DNA from: Terriglobia bacterium
Lineage (GTDB): Bacteria; Acidobacteriota; Terriglobia; 20CM-2-55-15
Length of the DNA stretch: 64,000 nucleotides
Direction of reading: 5' to 3'
Assembly (NCBI GenBank): GCA_965198225.1
Contig: CBDAOY010000008.1
Location: forward strand, 1,088,001-1,152,000
Shown here: one piece after another, positions 30,951 through 41,518 of the stretch
Layout of the letters: each line of letters starts with the position of its first letter
How positions within the stretch are numbered: the first letter of the stretch is position 1
Program-made: the position numbers and the translations under genes
The notes under the pieces: model-generated
Databases searched by the model: none
What the model was told of the DNA's origin: nothing
The model's input: the letters and a program-made list of their open reading frames with translations, nothing else

Positions 30951-32435
30951 TCAGGCGCCAAAGAGAGGGATCCGGAAGACCCGCGCCATGATCAGGATGA
31001 AACTCATCGCCGCGAAGACCACCATACTTGCCCAGCCAAACCAGGTCGCGAAAGTCGACGGGTAGAAAAGGCGGTCCGTCTTGGGAATCACGGTGAAGCA
31101 GTAATACAGGTTCAAGAAGAAAATGACGGGAGCGACGAAAAACGCGAGCGCGGAAGCGACGAGGACCATGAGGACCGGCGCCGTCACACCCGCGATGAGG
31201 GCAGTGGCTGCGAACAGTGAGAAGAACATTGTCGCGCGGTAGATGTTGTACTCCGAATACCAGGTCCGTCGGTGTTCCCTACCCAGGTCCTCGGCAGAGA
31301 TTCCCTGGAGTCGTGCCGTCGGTCGAAACAGGTTGCGACAACAGGCCCCGACGACCCGCGGCCATCCGTCGAAATAGTTCAAAGCGGTCGAAAAGGTTGC
31401 CGCGAAGGAACCGAGGACGAAGACAATCATCATGCTGGGTCCGACGCTGTCGGAAAAGACACGTCCGATTTCGCCGATCACGGCGTTCCCCGAGACTGGA
31501 CTCGGATAAATCCACACCGCGGCCAGGAGGAGGAAGATGCATGCGATCACGAACGACACGATGTGTCCAATCCGAAAATCCCAGAGGCCGATGCGGAACC
31601 ACCGCCGACAGTATTCCAGCGCGTGCGGCGACAAGGCGCCCGTGTCTATGCTCAGGTCTTCCCTGTTCGGCCGGAAGGGATCGAAAGAGTTCGCGATTCC
31701 CTTCTCCTCGAGCAGACTCCGGATCCGGCCCATGCCGACCTTCTTGGCCTTTCCCCACTCCGAGGCTTGAAGCGACACATCGATGCCGGTCGGCAGGAGA
31801 CCCAGAAAAGCGGCGATGACCAGCCAGGACCCCCCGGGAATCTGGACAATGAAGAAGTTCGCCATCGCCGACAGCGGCGCAGGCTGGACCAGGTAGACCG
31901 CCACACTGGAAACGAAAAGCATTCCCGCGAGCACCTTCGAAGCGATTTCGAGCGCCCGGTACTTGCCCGCCAGGATGATCGCCACCGAGATCACTCCCAG
32001 CGTAAAAGCGTGGATCGGGATCGGAATCTCAAGACCAAGATACTCCGCAGAAAAGTAGTAGAGGACGGCGGCAGCCGCGATCAGTCGCCCGGCCTGCCCC
32101 ACCACGCACTGCAGCAGGGTCGTGGCCAGGACGTACCAGAGCGGCCACTTCTTCCAGGCCGTCGAGTACGCGTCCAACATGCTCCGGCCCGTGGCGTGGG
32201 TAAAACGAAACGCCATTTCAAAGCCGTAGTACTTGAAGATGTAGGCCACGGGAATGCACCACAGAAGGGCGTAGGCAAACCGCCCGCCGGCAACTGGCGC
32301 GCTGATCAGGTGACTGGTCCCGATGCCGGTCATCATCAGGATCATCCCGGGGCCGAAATGCCGCGCCAGCCCGGTAAGGGAAGTCTCAGGGAGCGGAAGG
32401 GTCTCGAGTGGATCGGTCGTGTCGGCCATAGTCAA
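30951..32435 (-). CDS. NRAMP-like transporter
   Basis: FGPGMIL..IGTSHL..GGRFAYALLW, many TM segments. Confidence 0.8.
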   Translation of the reverse strand: MTMADTTDPLETLPLPETSLTGLARHFGPGMILMMTGIGTSHLISAPVAGGRFAYALLWCIPVAYIFKYYGFEMAFRFTHATGRSMLDAYSTAWKKWPLWYVLATTLLQCVVGQAGRLIAAAAVLYYFSAEYLGLEIPIPIHAFTLGVISVAIILAGKYRALEIASKVLAGMLFVSSVAVYLVQPAPLSAMANFFIVQIPGGSWLVIAAFLGLLPTGIDVSLQASEWGKAKKVGMGRIRSLLEEKGIANSFDPFRPNREDLSIDTGALSPHALEYCRRWFRIGLWDFRIGHIVSFVIACIFLLLAAVWIYPSPVSGNAVIGEIGRVFSDSVGPSMMIVFVLGSFAATFSTALNYFDGWPRVVGACCRNLFRPTARLQGISAEDLGREHRRTWYSEYNIYRATMFFSLFAATALIAGVTAPVLMVLVASALAFFVAPVIFFLNLYYCFTVIPKTDRLFYPSTFATWFGWASMVVFAAMSFILIMARVFRIPLFGA

Positions 32436-32587
32436 CAGCTCACCTCGGGTTCAGATTCCGGCCGCAATCCTATCGGACTCGTGAGCCGAGGGTCAATTTC
32501 GATGTTCGAATATACGCTCCGGGAAGTATATTAAGGAGCTTTGAGCCGGCAAACTGCACGCTTCGTCGGCCGCTAAAACGCACGAGC

Positions 32588-33383
32588 ATGTCGTCACCAA
32601 CGCATCTCTACGACGAACTTTCCCGCACCGTCGATCGCCTGAACCGGATCGTCGAGGCCACCAAGCTCCTCAACTCGACGCTGGACCTGGCGGAACTGAC
32701 CGGAATCATCCTGCAGATTGTCCGCGACGAGGTCGGTATCGAGCGCGGGCTCGTCTGACATGTGCCACGAGGTCGGCGGCGATTACCTTTCATTTTTTCC
32801 CCTGTCGGACGGCCGCTTCATCGTGATGCTCGGAGACGTGTCCGGCAAGGGAATCGGGGCTGCCTTGGTCATGACTTCGGTCCACGCGATGTGCCGAGCG
32901 CTGGTGCGCCACGTGCATTCCCTGGAACGGATCACTTATGTCCTCAACGAAATGCTGTTGGAGTCCACGCAAACCCAAAGCTTCCTCACCTTGATGATCG
33001 CCCTGGTCGATCCGCTGAAGAACCGCGTCCATTTGTTGAGCGCTGGCCACAACCCGCCGGTGCTGGTTGACGGATCCGGCATCGTTCGGATGCTCAAAGA
33101 CGGCGGGGGCCCGCCGGTCGGGCTGTTTGCGGGCCTCCGGTACAGCCGCGAGATCATCGACGTCGAGCCGGGATCCGTCCTCGTGCTCTACACCGACGGT
33201 GTCAGCGAGGCCGAGGACGCGAACCAGGAGGAGTTCGGGACCGATCGCCTCTCCATCGTCATCAGTCGGAACAGCAAGAAGTCATCAAAGGAAATCCACG
33301 GCGCAATCCGGGACACACTCCGGGAGTTCGTCGGCGAAACTCCCGCGAACGACGACAGCACCATGATGGTGCTGAAGTTCTGA
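32588..33383 (+). pseudogene. GAF-SpoIIE (PP2C) phosphatase with internal deletion
   Basis: LNSTLDLAEL GAF start stops at 32758; another frame gives EVGGDY, DVSGKG, YTDG, DDST. Confidence 0.8.
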
Positions 33384-33394
33384 CGAGCTCTCTC

Positions 33395-33778
33395 TTGTCT
33401 CTGCCGTTGTCGAAGCTGCTGGTCAGTGTTCTCCGACTCCGTTGTCCCTTCTGTCTCAAAGGGAAGGTCTTCGACGGCCTGTTCAACACCCTGCGCCGCT
33501 GTCCGGAATGCGGCTACTTCTTCACCAGGGAGAGCGGCTACTTCCTGGGGTCGGTGTACTTCGGCTACGGGGCAACGGTCCTGGTGGCGCTGGGTGCGTG
33601 GCCCATGCTGAAATACGTGATCGCACTCGAGTCCGAACTGCTGATCCTCGGCATCCTCGTGGCAATCGCGGGGCTGTTTCCGATCTGGTTCTTCCGGTAC
33701 TCCAGGATGATCTGGATGGCCTTCGACCTCTTCTGGAACCCTCCGGTCCGGGAGGACTTCGACTCGCGCGGCCGGTAG
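33395..33778 (+). CDS. DUF983-family membrane protein
   Basis: RCPFC..CPECG..RESGYFLG, 2 TM segments. Confidence 0.8.
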   Translation: MSLPLSKLLVSVLRLRCPFCLKGKVFDGLFNTLRRCPECGYFFTRESGYFLGSVYFGYGATVLVALGAWPMLKYVIALESELLILGILVAIAGLFPIWFFRYSRMIWMAFDLFWNPPVREDFDSRGR

Positions 33779-33857
33779 GCAGCCCGCGTGGGGGGTTGCG
33801 GCGACTCCGGGCTCAGCTTAGAATGAATGGCTCGCCTTGGCATGAACGCCTCGCTTT

Positions 33858-33930
33858 GGCCCCATCGTCTAGGGGTTTAGGACGTAGCCCTCTCAAGGCT
33901 AAAACACGGGTTCGATTCCCGTTGGGGCTA
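33858..33930 (+). tRNA. tRNA-Glu(CTC)
   Basis: GGCCCCA..TAGCC-CTCTCAA-GGCTA..GTTCGATTC..TGGGGCT. Confidence 0.95.
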
Positions 33931-34083
33931 TCCTCAGCATCGGTAACGGCCGGCCATGAGCCGGTCGTTACCGGCCTGTTTCATCCCGCCTGAACAGGTG
34001 CATCCCACTGCGTTTCATTGACTTGGACGATTTGGCGCACTAACATACCGACCCTGTCTTGCCCGAATTCGGAGGGAACCGAC

Positions 34084-34872
34084 ATGTCGTCGGCCGAGCC
34101 AGCCCGCGTCTTTCAACAACTCCTGTCGCTCGCGCCCGAACAGGTGCGCAGCGCAACGTTCTCCGGGATGGGAACGTTGCAGGCCTCCGGCGAGAGATTC
34201 AGCTATACCGTCCGCTTTCTCTTTCCCGATGATGTCGGGCTCATTCTCCGGCTGCACCAGGACGTCCTGGCCAACCTGCCCAACCCGCTGTTGCTCTACG
34301 TTCGCGACCGGGACTTTTTCGCCCAGTGCGTCGGGAAACGCGGGTGTGTTGCGGGGGCTTTCCAAAACGGCAGGCTCCTGGGCTACGCGGCGGGCTGGAT
34401 CCCTCCCACCGGGCAGGACAACTATGGGAAGGATCTCGGCCTCACTCCAGACGACCTTCCGCACGTCGCTCACCTTGCGGGCTCATGCATCCATCCGGCG
34501 TATCGCGGTAACCGCTTGCATGCCCAGTTGGTGGGCCTGCGTTCCGCGTTGCTGCATTCGGAAGGGTTCTACCACCAGTGTGGCGAAGTGCTTCCCCGCA
34601 ACGTCTTCAGCATCAAGAACCACCTGGCCGGCGGCTATTACCTGAAGGGGTTCAAGGTCGACGACTTTCGCTTCGACGACGAGGGCGCGCCACACTTTCT
34701 CCTCCACAGGGACACTCGCTCCGACCCTCGAAGGGATGATGAGGAAAACCCTCCGGAGTCACGGATCGACGACATCCCGACGTACCGTCGAATGCTCGAT
34801 GAAGGGCGTTGGGGCTACCGGATCCGGTACCTTGACGGAGAGCCGCATCTCGCATACGGAGTCTTCGCGTAA
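34084..34872 (+). CDS. GNAT-like acetyltransferase
   Basis: IHPAYRGNRLH motif A, PRNVFSIKN. Confidence 0.7.
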   Translation: MSSAEPARVFQQLLSLAPEQVRSATFSGMGTLQASGERFSYTVRFLFPDDVGLILRLHQDVLANLPNPLLLYVRDRDFFAQCVGKRGCVAGAFQNGRLLGYAAGWIPPTGQDNYGKDLGLTPDDLPHVAHLAGSCIHPAYRGNRLHAQLVGLRSALLHSEGFYHQCGEVLPRNVFSIKNHLAGGYYLKGFKVDDFRFDDEGAPHFLLHRDTRSDPRRDDEENPPESRIDDIPTYRRMLDEGRWGYRIRYLDGEPHLAYGVFA

Positions 34873-34901
34873 CAATTTCAACATGGTTAAGTAATTGACT
34901 C

Positions 34902-37900
34902 ATGAATAGATTGTTACGCTTTTTAGATGTCCAACCCGAAGAACGAACTCTGACCGGAAGCCTGTTCCTGTTTTCGTTTGAGATCGGGCTCGCGCGGTTC
35001 TTCGTCTTAACTCCAGCGCTGGCGCTGTTCCTGGAAAGGTTCGATGCGGAAGACCTGGGACTGGTCTACACCTTGCTGGCCCTGCCCCTCATCGTCGTCA
35101 GCACGGCCTACGTCCGGCTCGGCCGGATCCTGCCACTCCGGACCCTGATCGTTTCGAACCTCCTGTTCGTGGTGGGCCTTACGATCCTGATCCGACTGGC
35201 TCTCGACCTGGACTCCCGCTGGCCCGCTTTGCTGCCGGCCGTTTGGTTCTATGTTCTGTTCACTCTGACAAGTTCCGCGTTCACGGCGGCTGCCAATCGC
35301 GTTCTGGACATTCGGCAGGGCAAGAGACTCATCCCCCTGTCAACGACCGGTGATGTGATCGCGTTTTTCATCGGCGGAGCGGCGACACCCTGGCTCGTGG
35401 CCCGGATGGGTACTGCTAATCTGCTGCTGCTCGCGGCCGCCGCAGCGCTGCTCTCCCTGCTCACCTTCCTTCGCCTGAATGCCCGGTACCGCGGCCGCTT
35501 TGCGCCAAGAAAGTCCCGCCGACCGGCGACTGGGGAAGAAACGAGCCGCCGGGACTGGTCGAGCCCGTACCTGCGCTTGATGGCGGGCTATTTTGCGGTG
35601 AGTGCGCTGGCCTATGTGCTGATCGACAATGCATTCAATGCCGTTGCCGAGCAACGGTACCTCGACACCGCCCAGCTTGCTGCGTTCTTCGGCACCTACG
35701 CTGCTGTGGCAGCCATCGCCAACTTCATGTTCAAGTCCTTTGTCGGAGGTCGGATCGTGCGCAGGTTCGGAGTGAGCGGGATACTGCTGGGTTTTCCGCT
35801 GGCGATCGGTATCGGATCGTTCCTCGTCGTCGTCGGGCCACCGATACTCGCCCGGGGCGATTCCCTGCTTGCCCTTGCACTGGTGTTCTGGTTCACGACC
35901 ATGATGCGGCTGATTAACAAGGTCTTCCTGAGCGCTCAATACTCCACTTTTCCCACGCTGTACCAGCCGCTGGACGAGAAAGCTACCGGAGTGCAGGCCA
36001 CGCTGGAAGGCGTCGTCGAAGCAAGCGCCTATGGACTGGCCGGGCTGCTCCTGCTGGGTCTGCATGCGTTCTTCGACTTCGGGGCGGTCCAACTGTCCGT
36101 GGTCCTGATCGGGGTCTGCGGGGGCTGGGCCTACATCGCGCTCTCACTGAGGCGGGAATACACCGACGTGCTGGGCCAGGCGCTTCAACGACGTCGGATC
36201 GGGCCCGCGTCGTTGAGTCTGGCCGACCGCGCCAGCCTGGACCTCGTGATGGAACAACTCGAGAGCCCTCATCCGGAAAGCGCCCTCTATGCCCTCGACT
36301 TGTTGGAGGAGTCCTATCCAGAGAGCGTGGGGGAAATCCTGGTCGGGCTGCTGGATCATCCGTCGCCCGACATCCGGGTCGAAGCATTGGCCCGGATCGA
36401 GAAACATCATGTCGCGGACGCCTTCCCAAGGGTCCGGGCTCTGGCGATGAATCCCGACGTCAGCCCGGTACTGCGGGGCGCAGCCGCTCGGACTCGGTGG
36501 GTGCTCAGCGATAAAGACGTCCACGAGGGCATCATGGCTCTCAGCGATCCCGATAGCCAGGTGCGTACCGGGACCATGGTCGGCATGCTGCGTTCCGGCT
36601 CCGTCGAAGGCATCGTGTATGCGGGTCACTGCCTGCTCGACAACCTGCGATCGGGCGTAGCGGAGGAGAGAATCTTTGCCGCAAGGGTCATCGGCGAATC
36701 CGGAATGGAAAGCTTTCACCGGCAAGCCCTGGAACTGCTCAAAGACGAGAATACGGCCGTTCGCAAGGCGATCATCAAGAGTGCACCCCGGATCGGGCAC
36801 GACGGGTTGTGGCCTCTCGTCGTTGAAGCGCTCCGCGATCGGGAAGTGGCGGCGGCTGCGTCCGAGGCGCTCGTCGCCGCCGGATCGGTCGTGACCCCGA
36901 GCCTGGCAGCCGGAATCCGGGATTCAGCCTCCGACCGCGGCGCTCGGCTCAGTGCCCTTAGGATTCTCGGACTGATTCGCGGCCCGGAAGCCATCGTCGA
37001 GCTCTGCCCGTTCACGGAGCTGAGGGATCCGGACGAAAGACATGCCGCGATGTCCGCGCTTGCCAACTGCTCCTTCGAGGCGGACGACTCGCAGATCCAA
37101 TGGTTGAAGGGCCTTCTCAAACGCGAAGCCGATCACGCTGCTTATCGATTCGCGTCCATCGCCGACATCTCGATAAACAAGTCCGTCGAGCTGCTCGTAG
37201 GTGCTTTGAACTGCGAACTCGCCGCCATCCGGCATCGGATTTTTCTGTTGCTCTCTTTCATCTACTCACAACGCGATGTGTTGACGGCCTGGGACAACTA
37301 CAACAGCAGCGACCGGGACAAGAGGGCCTACGCGCTCGAGCTGGTCGAGAACGTCATCAGTACGGATCTCAAGTCGATGCTTTTCCCCGTGCTCGACGAC
37401 ATCGTCCAGGACGAACGGTTGGCTCAGTTGCGGCTGCTGCATGACGCTCAGCTTCTGGGTGCTCCGACGAGACTCAAGCAGATTCTCAGCTGGCAGCAAC
37501 ACGGCATCAGCGGCTGGACTTCCAGTTGTGCCCGCCACCTGGCCGCCGAGTACGGCGTGGAGACGGCCTCTCCCCCCGAGACCATCGTCGAGCAAACGAT
37601 GCGGCTCAAGTCGGTCGATCTCTTCGAGGAGGTGCCCGAGCACGTTCTGGCCGGGATCGTCCCGGAGCTCCAGGAGATCCGTCTCCGGCAAGACGAGACG
37701 GTCTTCGCCAAAGGAGACGTCGGCGACAGTCTTTACATCGTGATCGAGGGAAGCGTCCGGATGCATGACGAGGCGGTCACGGTCGCAGAGGTCGGGCACA
37801 ATCGTGTTTTCGGCGAGATGACCGTGCTTCAGGCGGCGCCGAGGACGCTGTCGGCCACCACGAGCATGCCGACACGCCTGTTCCGTTTCGAGCAGGACGC

Positions 37901-38012
37901 GCTCTACCGGCTGATCGTCGATCAGGTGGGCATCGCTCGGAGCATGATTCAGATCATCATCGAACGCCTGCGCCAAAACCAGGCGATGAGGGCGGGAGTC
38001 GTCGGCCGTTGA
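34902..38012 (+). CDS. Nucleotide-translocase-like (TLC/NTT) MFS + HEAT repeats + cNMP-binding protein
   Basis: About 12 TM segments (RQGKRL), HEAT repeats, C-terminal GDSLYIV..FGEM..PRT. Confidence 0.85.
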   Translation: MNRLLRFLDVQPEERTLTGSLFLFSFEIGLARFFVLTPALALFLERFDAEDLGLVYTLLALPLIVVSTAYVRLGRILPLRTLIVSNLLFVVGLTILIRLALDLDSRWPALLPAVWFYVLFTLTSSAFTAAANRVLDIRQGKRLIPLSTTGDVIAFFIGGAATPWLVARMGTANLLLLAAAAALLSLLTFLRLNARYRGRFAPRKSRRPATGEETSRRDWSSPYLRLMAGYFAVSALAYVLIDNAFNAVAEQRYLDTAQLAAFFGTYAAVAAIANFMFKSFVGGRIVRRFGVSGILLGFPLAIGIGSFLVVVGPPILARGDSLLALALVFWFTTMMRLINKVFLSAQYSTFPTLYQPLDEKATGVQATLEGVVEASAYGLAGLLLLGLHAFFDFGAVQLSVVLIGVCGGWAYIALSLRREYTDVLGQALQRRRIGPASLSLADRASLDLVMEQLESPHPESALYALDLLEESYPESVGEILVGLLDHPSPDIRVEALARIEKHHVADAFPRVRALAMNPDVSPVLRGAAARTRWVLSDKDVHEGIMALSDPDSQVRTGTMVGMLRSGSVEGIVYAGHCLLDNLRSGVAEERIFAARVIGESGMESFHRQALELLKDENTAVRKAIIKSAPRIGHDGLWPLVVEALRDREVAAAASEALVAAGSVVTPSLAAGIRDSASDRGARLSALRILGLIRGPEAIVELCPFTELRDPDERHAAMSALANCSFEADDSQIQWLKGLLKREADHAAYRFASIADISINKSVELLVGALNCELAAIRHRIFLLLSFIYSQRDVLTAWDNYNSSDRDKRAYALELVENVISTDLKSMLFPVLDDIVQDERLAQLRLLHDAQLLGAPTRLKQILSWQQHGISGWTSSCARHLAAEYGVETASPPETIVEQTMRLKSVDLFEEVPEHVLAGIVPELQEIRLRQDETVFAKGDVGDSLYIVIEGSVRMHDEAVTVAEVGHNRVFGEMTVLQAAPRTLSATTSMPTRLFRFEQDALYRLIVDQVGIARSMIQIIIERLRQNQAMRAGVVGR

Positions 38013-38015
38013 TAA

Positions 38016-38408
38016 TCAGTTCAGGCGCGCGACTAGAACGCTGATGATTCCTTTGGACACAGCGGGGTTCCCCGCCATGAGTTCGTAGAAGACATCCTGG
38101 TCGAGCCGGAGCAGGTCGGTCTCCTCCACTGCCGTAGCGCTCTGTCCGCGCACTTCCGAAGTCAGAACGCTCAGCTCACCGAACACGTCATAGGCGTTCA
38201 GGACTGTTTCATCCAGGTTTCCGTCGTGTAGTCGGACTTGACCGTTGACGACGACATACATCGATTTGCCGACGTCCCCGGCTTTGAAGACAGTTCCACC
38301 GGGACCGACGTGGACTTCCTCGAGGTAGGCCACCAGACTCGCGAGGATGTCGTCCGGGACATCCCGAAAAATCTCAGTTCGCTTCAGAATGAAGACTCGC
38401 TCAATCAT
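38016..38408 (-). CDS. Stand-alone cyclic-nucleotide-binding protein
   Basis: MIERVFILK, GDVGKSMY, FGELS. Confidence 0.85.
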   Translation of the reverse strand: MIERVFILKRTEIFRDVPDDILASLVAYLEEVHVGPGGTVFKAGDVGKSMYVVVNGQVRLHDGNLDETVLNAYDVFGELSVLTSEVRGQSATAVEETDLLRLDQDVFYELMAGNPAVSKGIISVLVARLN

Positions 38409-38643
38409 CCCTTATTGAGACACGTGCGGCAGTTTTCGCTCAGATCAACCCTTACGCCCGACCAGGCATGAAGGCCCTCAAACCGCTGAGAGCGCTATGC
38501 ATGGAAGTCAAACTCTACCTAGGTGCTCGAAATTGACCAGTCAGAGGAACTCTTATACACTTTCTGTGAACCGCGTGCATGTGATTTGACTCGCCGTGCG
38601 AGAAGTACGAACTCGACCCTATCCGGATTCCAGTAGACGGATC

Positions 38644-41313
38644 ATGATCGGTACGACAGTTACCCACTACAAAGTTCTGGAGAGAATCGGCGGTGGCGGC
38701 ATGGGTGTCGTCTACAAAGCCCGAGACACGAAACTCGGACGTACGGTCGCACTGAAATTCCTGCCGGACCACCTCGCCGAGAACCCCCGGGCGCTGGAAC
38801 GATTCAGACGTGAGGCAAAGACCGCGTCATCTCTGAACCATCCGCACATCTGCACGATTTATGACGTCGACGAGCACGAAGGTCGTCCATTTATCGCGAT
38901 GGAACTACTCGTAGGTCAAACATTGCGCGAGCGGATTCAGGGCAGTCCGCTGCCGAGCCTCGAAGCCCTGGATCTCGGGATCCAGATCGCCGACGCACTC
39001 GAGGCCGCTCATTCCAGGGGGATCATCCATCGCGACATCAAGCCCGCGAATCGCGACATCAAGCCCGCGAATCTGTTCGTAACGACGCGCAATCAAATCA
39101 AGGTACTCGATTTCGGTCTGGCGAAAGCCGTACCCAAGGGCGGCCTACCCGACTCCGACGCACTCATGTCGGAGGACGTGGCCACGGTAACCCACGACAT
39201 GCTCACTGATTCGGGCGCGGCGGTCGGAACGGTCGCTTTCATGTCCCCGGAGCAGGCAAGAGGCGAAACTCTGGATGCACGGACGGACGTGTTTTCGTTC
39301 GGTGAGGTGCTCTACCAGATGGTCACCGGAGAGCCTCCGTTTACTGGCAACACAGCCGCCGTCGTCTTCCACGCATTGCTGGAGAAGCAGCCGACCCCGC
39401 CAGGCCAGGTCAACCATGAAGTCCCTACGCAACTGGACCGGCTCATCACGGGCGCTCTGGAGAAGGATCGAGAGGTCCGGGTGCAATCCGCGGCACAGCT
39501 CCGCGCGGAGTTGACAAAGCTGCACCGGACCCTCACTGGAGGATCGGGCGCGGACATTGCCGGAGCAGGTGAATCCGGGGAGCGGAGTCGCATGGCGGGT
39601 GTGCTGCTGGCAACCCTGGCCCTGGCGGCCCTCGTCGTCCTCTTTGTCATGTTCGGACCGGGAAACGCACCCGCAGGCTTCCCCGACAACGCGCGGTTCG
39701 AGCAGTTGACTTCCCAATCCGGCGAGGAACTCTTCCCGAACCTTTCGCCCGACGCTCGATCGTTCATCTACATAAGCTATGCCACCGGCGGTGGTGACAT
39801 TTACCTGCAGAGGGTCGACGGCGCGAACCCGAACAACCTCACGGTGGGAAGTGAGGCCTACGATGGCGAGGCCAGTTTCTCGAACGACGGCAACTTCATC
39901 GCTTTCCGTTCCGATCGCCAGGCCGGCGGTATCTTCGTGATGGGAGCGACGGGTGAGTCGGTTCGGCAACTTGCAGATTTCGGGTACAATCCCGCCTGGT
40001 CACCCGATGACAGTCAGATCCTCTTCACGAGCGAACAGGTCCTGAACTCTCCCGAACGTCGTTTCGGAGTCAGTGAACTCTGGGCAGTCGATGTGGCGAC
40101 CGAGCAGACGCGAAGAATCCATGGCGGAGACGCTGTCCAGTCTGGATGGGCGCCCGACGGCGAACGGATCGTCTACTGGGCTCAGGAAGCGGGTCGGCGG
40201 GACATCTGGACGATATCGGCCGACGGCAGCGACTCCATCCGTGTGACCGACGACGACGCACTGGACTGGAATCCGGTCTGGTCGCCCGAAGGTTTCATTT
40301 ATTTTTCGAGCGACCGGGGAGGCAACATGAACCTTTGGCGGGTTCCGGTTTCGGCCTCCGGTGTGCTGGAGGGTGACCCGCAACCGGTAACAACCGGCGT
40401 CGTTGAGGTCAGCCAGCACCCGACTATATCGGCAGACGGGAAGCGTCTTGCCTATGCTGCCCGGACGAGTTCACGAAACATCCAGCGGATTGGCTTCGAT
40501 CCAGCATCGAAGCAGACAACCGGCTTTCCGGAAGCGGTCACGGAGGGGTCGATTCTCAGCGAATGGAGCGACCCTTCCCCCGACGGCCAGGCCGTCGCCT
40601 TCATGAGGCAGGACGATATCTTCGTGACCAGGACCGATGGCTCCGGACTGAACCGGCTCACCGACGACGACTTCAACGACCGCCACCCCAAATGGTCACC
40701 GGATGGGGACAAGATTCTGTTCTATTCGAATCGCGGCGGCAGCCTCTACCAGATATGGGTGATGAACCCGGACGGAAGTGGGAAGGTCCAGGTGACCGAC
40801 GATGACTCCGAACCGGTCTACCCTGCCTGGTCACCCGACGGCGAGCGAATCAGCTACGGCGATACGGCATCGGGCTCATTTATCATTGAAGCTAACGCTG
40901 CAGGCGGGCAGGAACGATTCGCGCTGCCGCCCCTCGAAGCCGTCGGCACGGCGTTCATGGCAAGGTCGTGGTCGCCGGATGGACGCTTTCTGGCTGGAGA
41001 TCTGTTGGTGCTGGATGATCAACGATTGGACGGCATACTCGTCTACTCCTTCGAATCCGGAGAATACGATCAGGTTGCCGAACACGGTGTCGAACCCACC
41101 TGGCTGGGCGATTCCCAGACGATCCTGTTCCAGTCCAACATCGTGCCGCCGAGCGAAATCCTCCAGGCGGATCGCATATCGAAGGAAGTCCGACCCATCC
41201 TTTCCAACAGCCCGTATTCGCTTGCCGGCCCGAGCCTCCCCCTCGACGATAGAACCCTCTTCTACACGGCAATTGAAGCCGAAGCGGATATCTGGCTCAT
41301 AACCATCCCTTAG
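38644..41313 (+). CDS. Ser/Thr kinase with TM helix and TolB/PD40 propeller
   Basis: GGGGMG, VALK, HRDIKPAN, DFG, MSPE, WSPDG repeats. Confidence 0.93.
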   Translation: MIGTTVTHYKVLERIGGGGMGVVYKARDTKLGRTVALKFLPDHLAENPRALERFRREAKTASSLNHPHICTIYDVDEHEGRPFIAMELLVGQTLRERIQGSPLPSLEALDLGIQIADALEAAHSRGIIHRDIKPANRDIKPANLFVTTRNQIKVLDFGLAKAVPKGGLPDSDALMSEDVATVTHDMLTDSGAAVGTVAFMSPEQARGETLDARTDVFSFGEVLYQMVTGEPPFTGNTAAVVFHALLEKQPTPPGQVNHEVPTQLDRLITGALEKDREVRVQSAAQLRAELTKLHRTLTGGSGADIAGAGESGERSRMAGVLLATLALAALVVLFVMFGPGNAPAGFPDNARFEQLTSQSGEELFPNLSPDARSFIYISYATGGGDIYLQRVDGANPNNLTVGSEAYDGEASFSNDGNFIAFRSDRQAGGIFVMGATGESVRQLADFGYNPAWSPDDSQILFTSEQVLNSPERRFGVSELWAVDVATEQTRRIHGGDAVQSGWAPDGERIVYWAQEAGRRDIWTISADGSDSIRVTDDDALDWNPVWSPEGFIYFSSDRGGNMNLWRVPVSASGVLEGDPQPVTTGVVEVSQHPTISADGKRLAYAARTSSRNIQRIGFDPASKQTTGFPEAVTEGSILSEWSDPSPDGQAVAFMRQDDIFVTRTDGSGLNRLTDDDFNDRHPKWSPDGDKILFYSNRGGSLYQIWVMNPDGSGKVQVTDDDSEPVYPAWSPDGERISYGDTASGSFIIEANAAGGQERFALPPLEAVGTAFMARSWSPDGRFLAGDLLVLDDQRLDGILVYSFESGEYDQVAEHGVEPTWLGDSQTILFQSNIVPPSEILQADRISKEVRPILSNSPYSLAGPSLPLDDRTLFYTAIEAEADIWLITIP

Positions 41314-41316
41314 GCC

Positions 41317-41500
41317 GTGTAGGTGCGCTCTATGAGCGGAACTATCTGTTAGCGTCGGGCCCACCGTCCCCCTCACGACGAAAGACTGAACGTTCACGGA
41401 CCGAGTTGCAGTGCGTGGGTTCGCGGAGAAAGACAGTTGGTCCGGTCCCCCCACGCCGTCCTTGACCAGAACAGTGTGCGGTCATAGACCGCACCTACAC
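41317..41500. repeat. REP pair between convergent genes
   Basis: GTGTAGGTGCGCTCTATGAGCG and GTGCGGTCATAGACCGCACCTACAC. Confidence 0.8.
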
Positions 41501-41518
41501 CGCATTCAAACACACGCC

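Noticed and set aside
33858-38500. Second island at tRNA-Glu
   Set aside because: No integrase or repeated tRNA fragment seen
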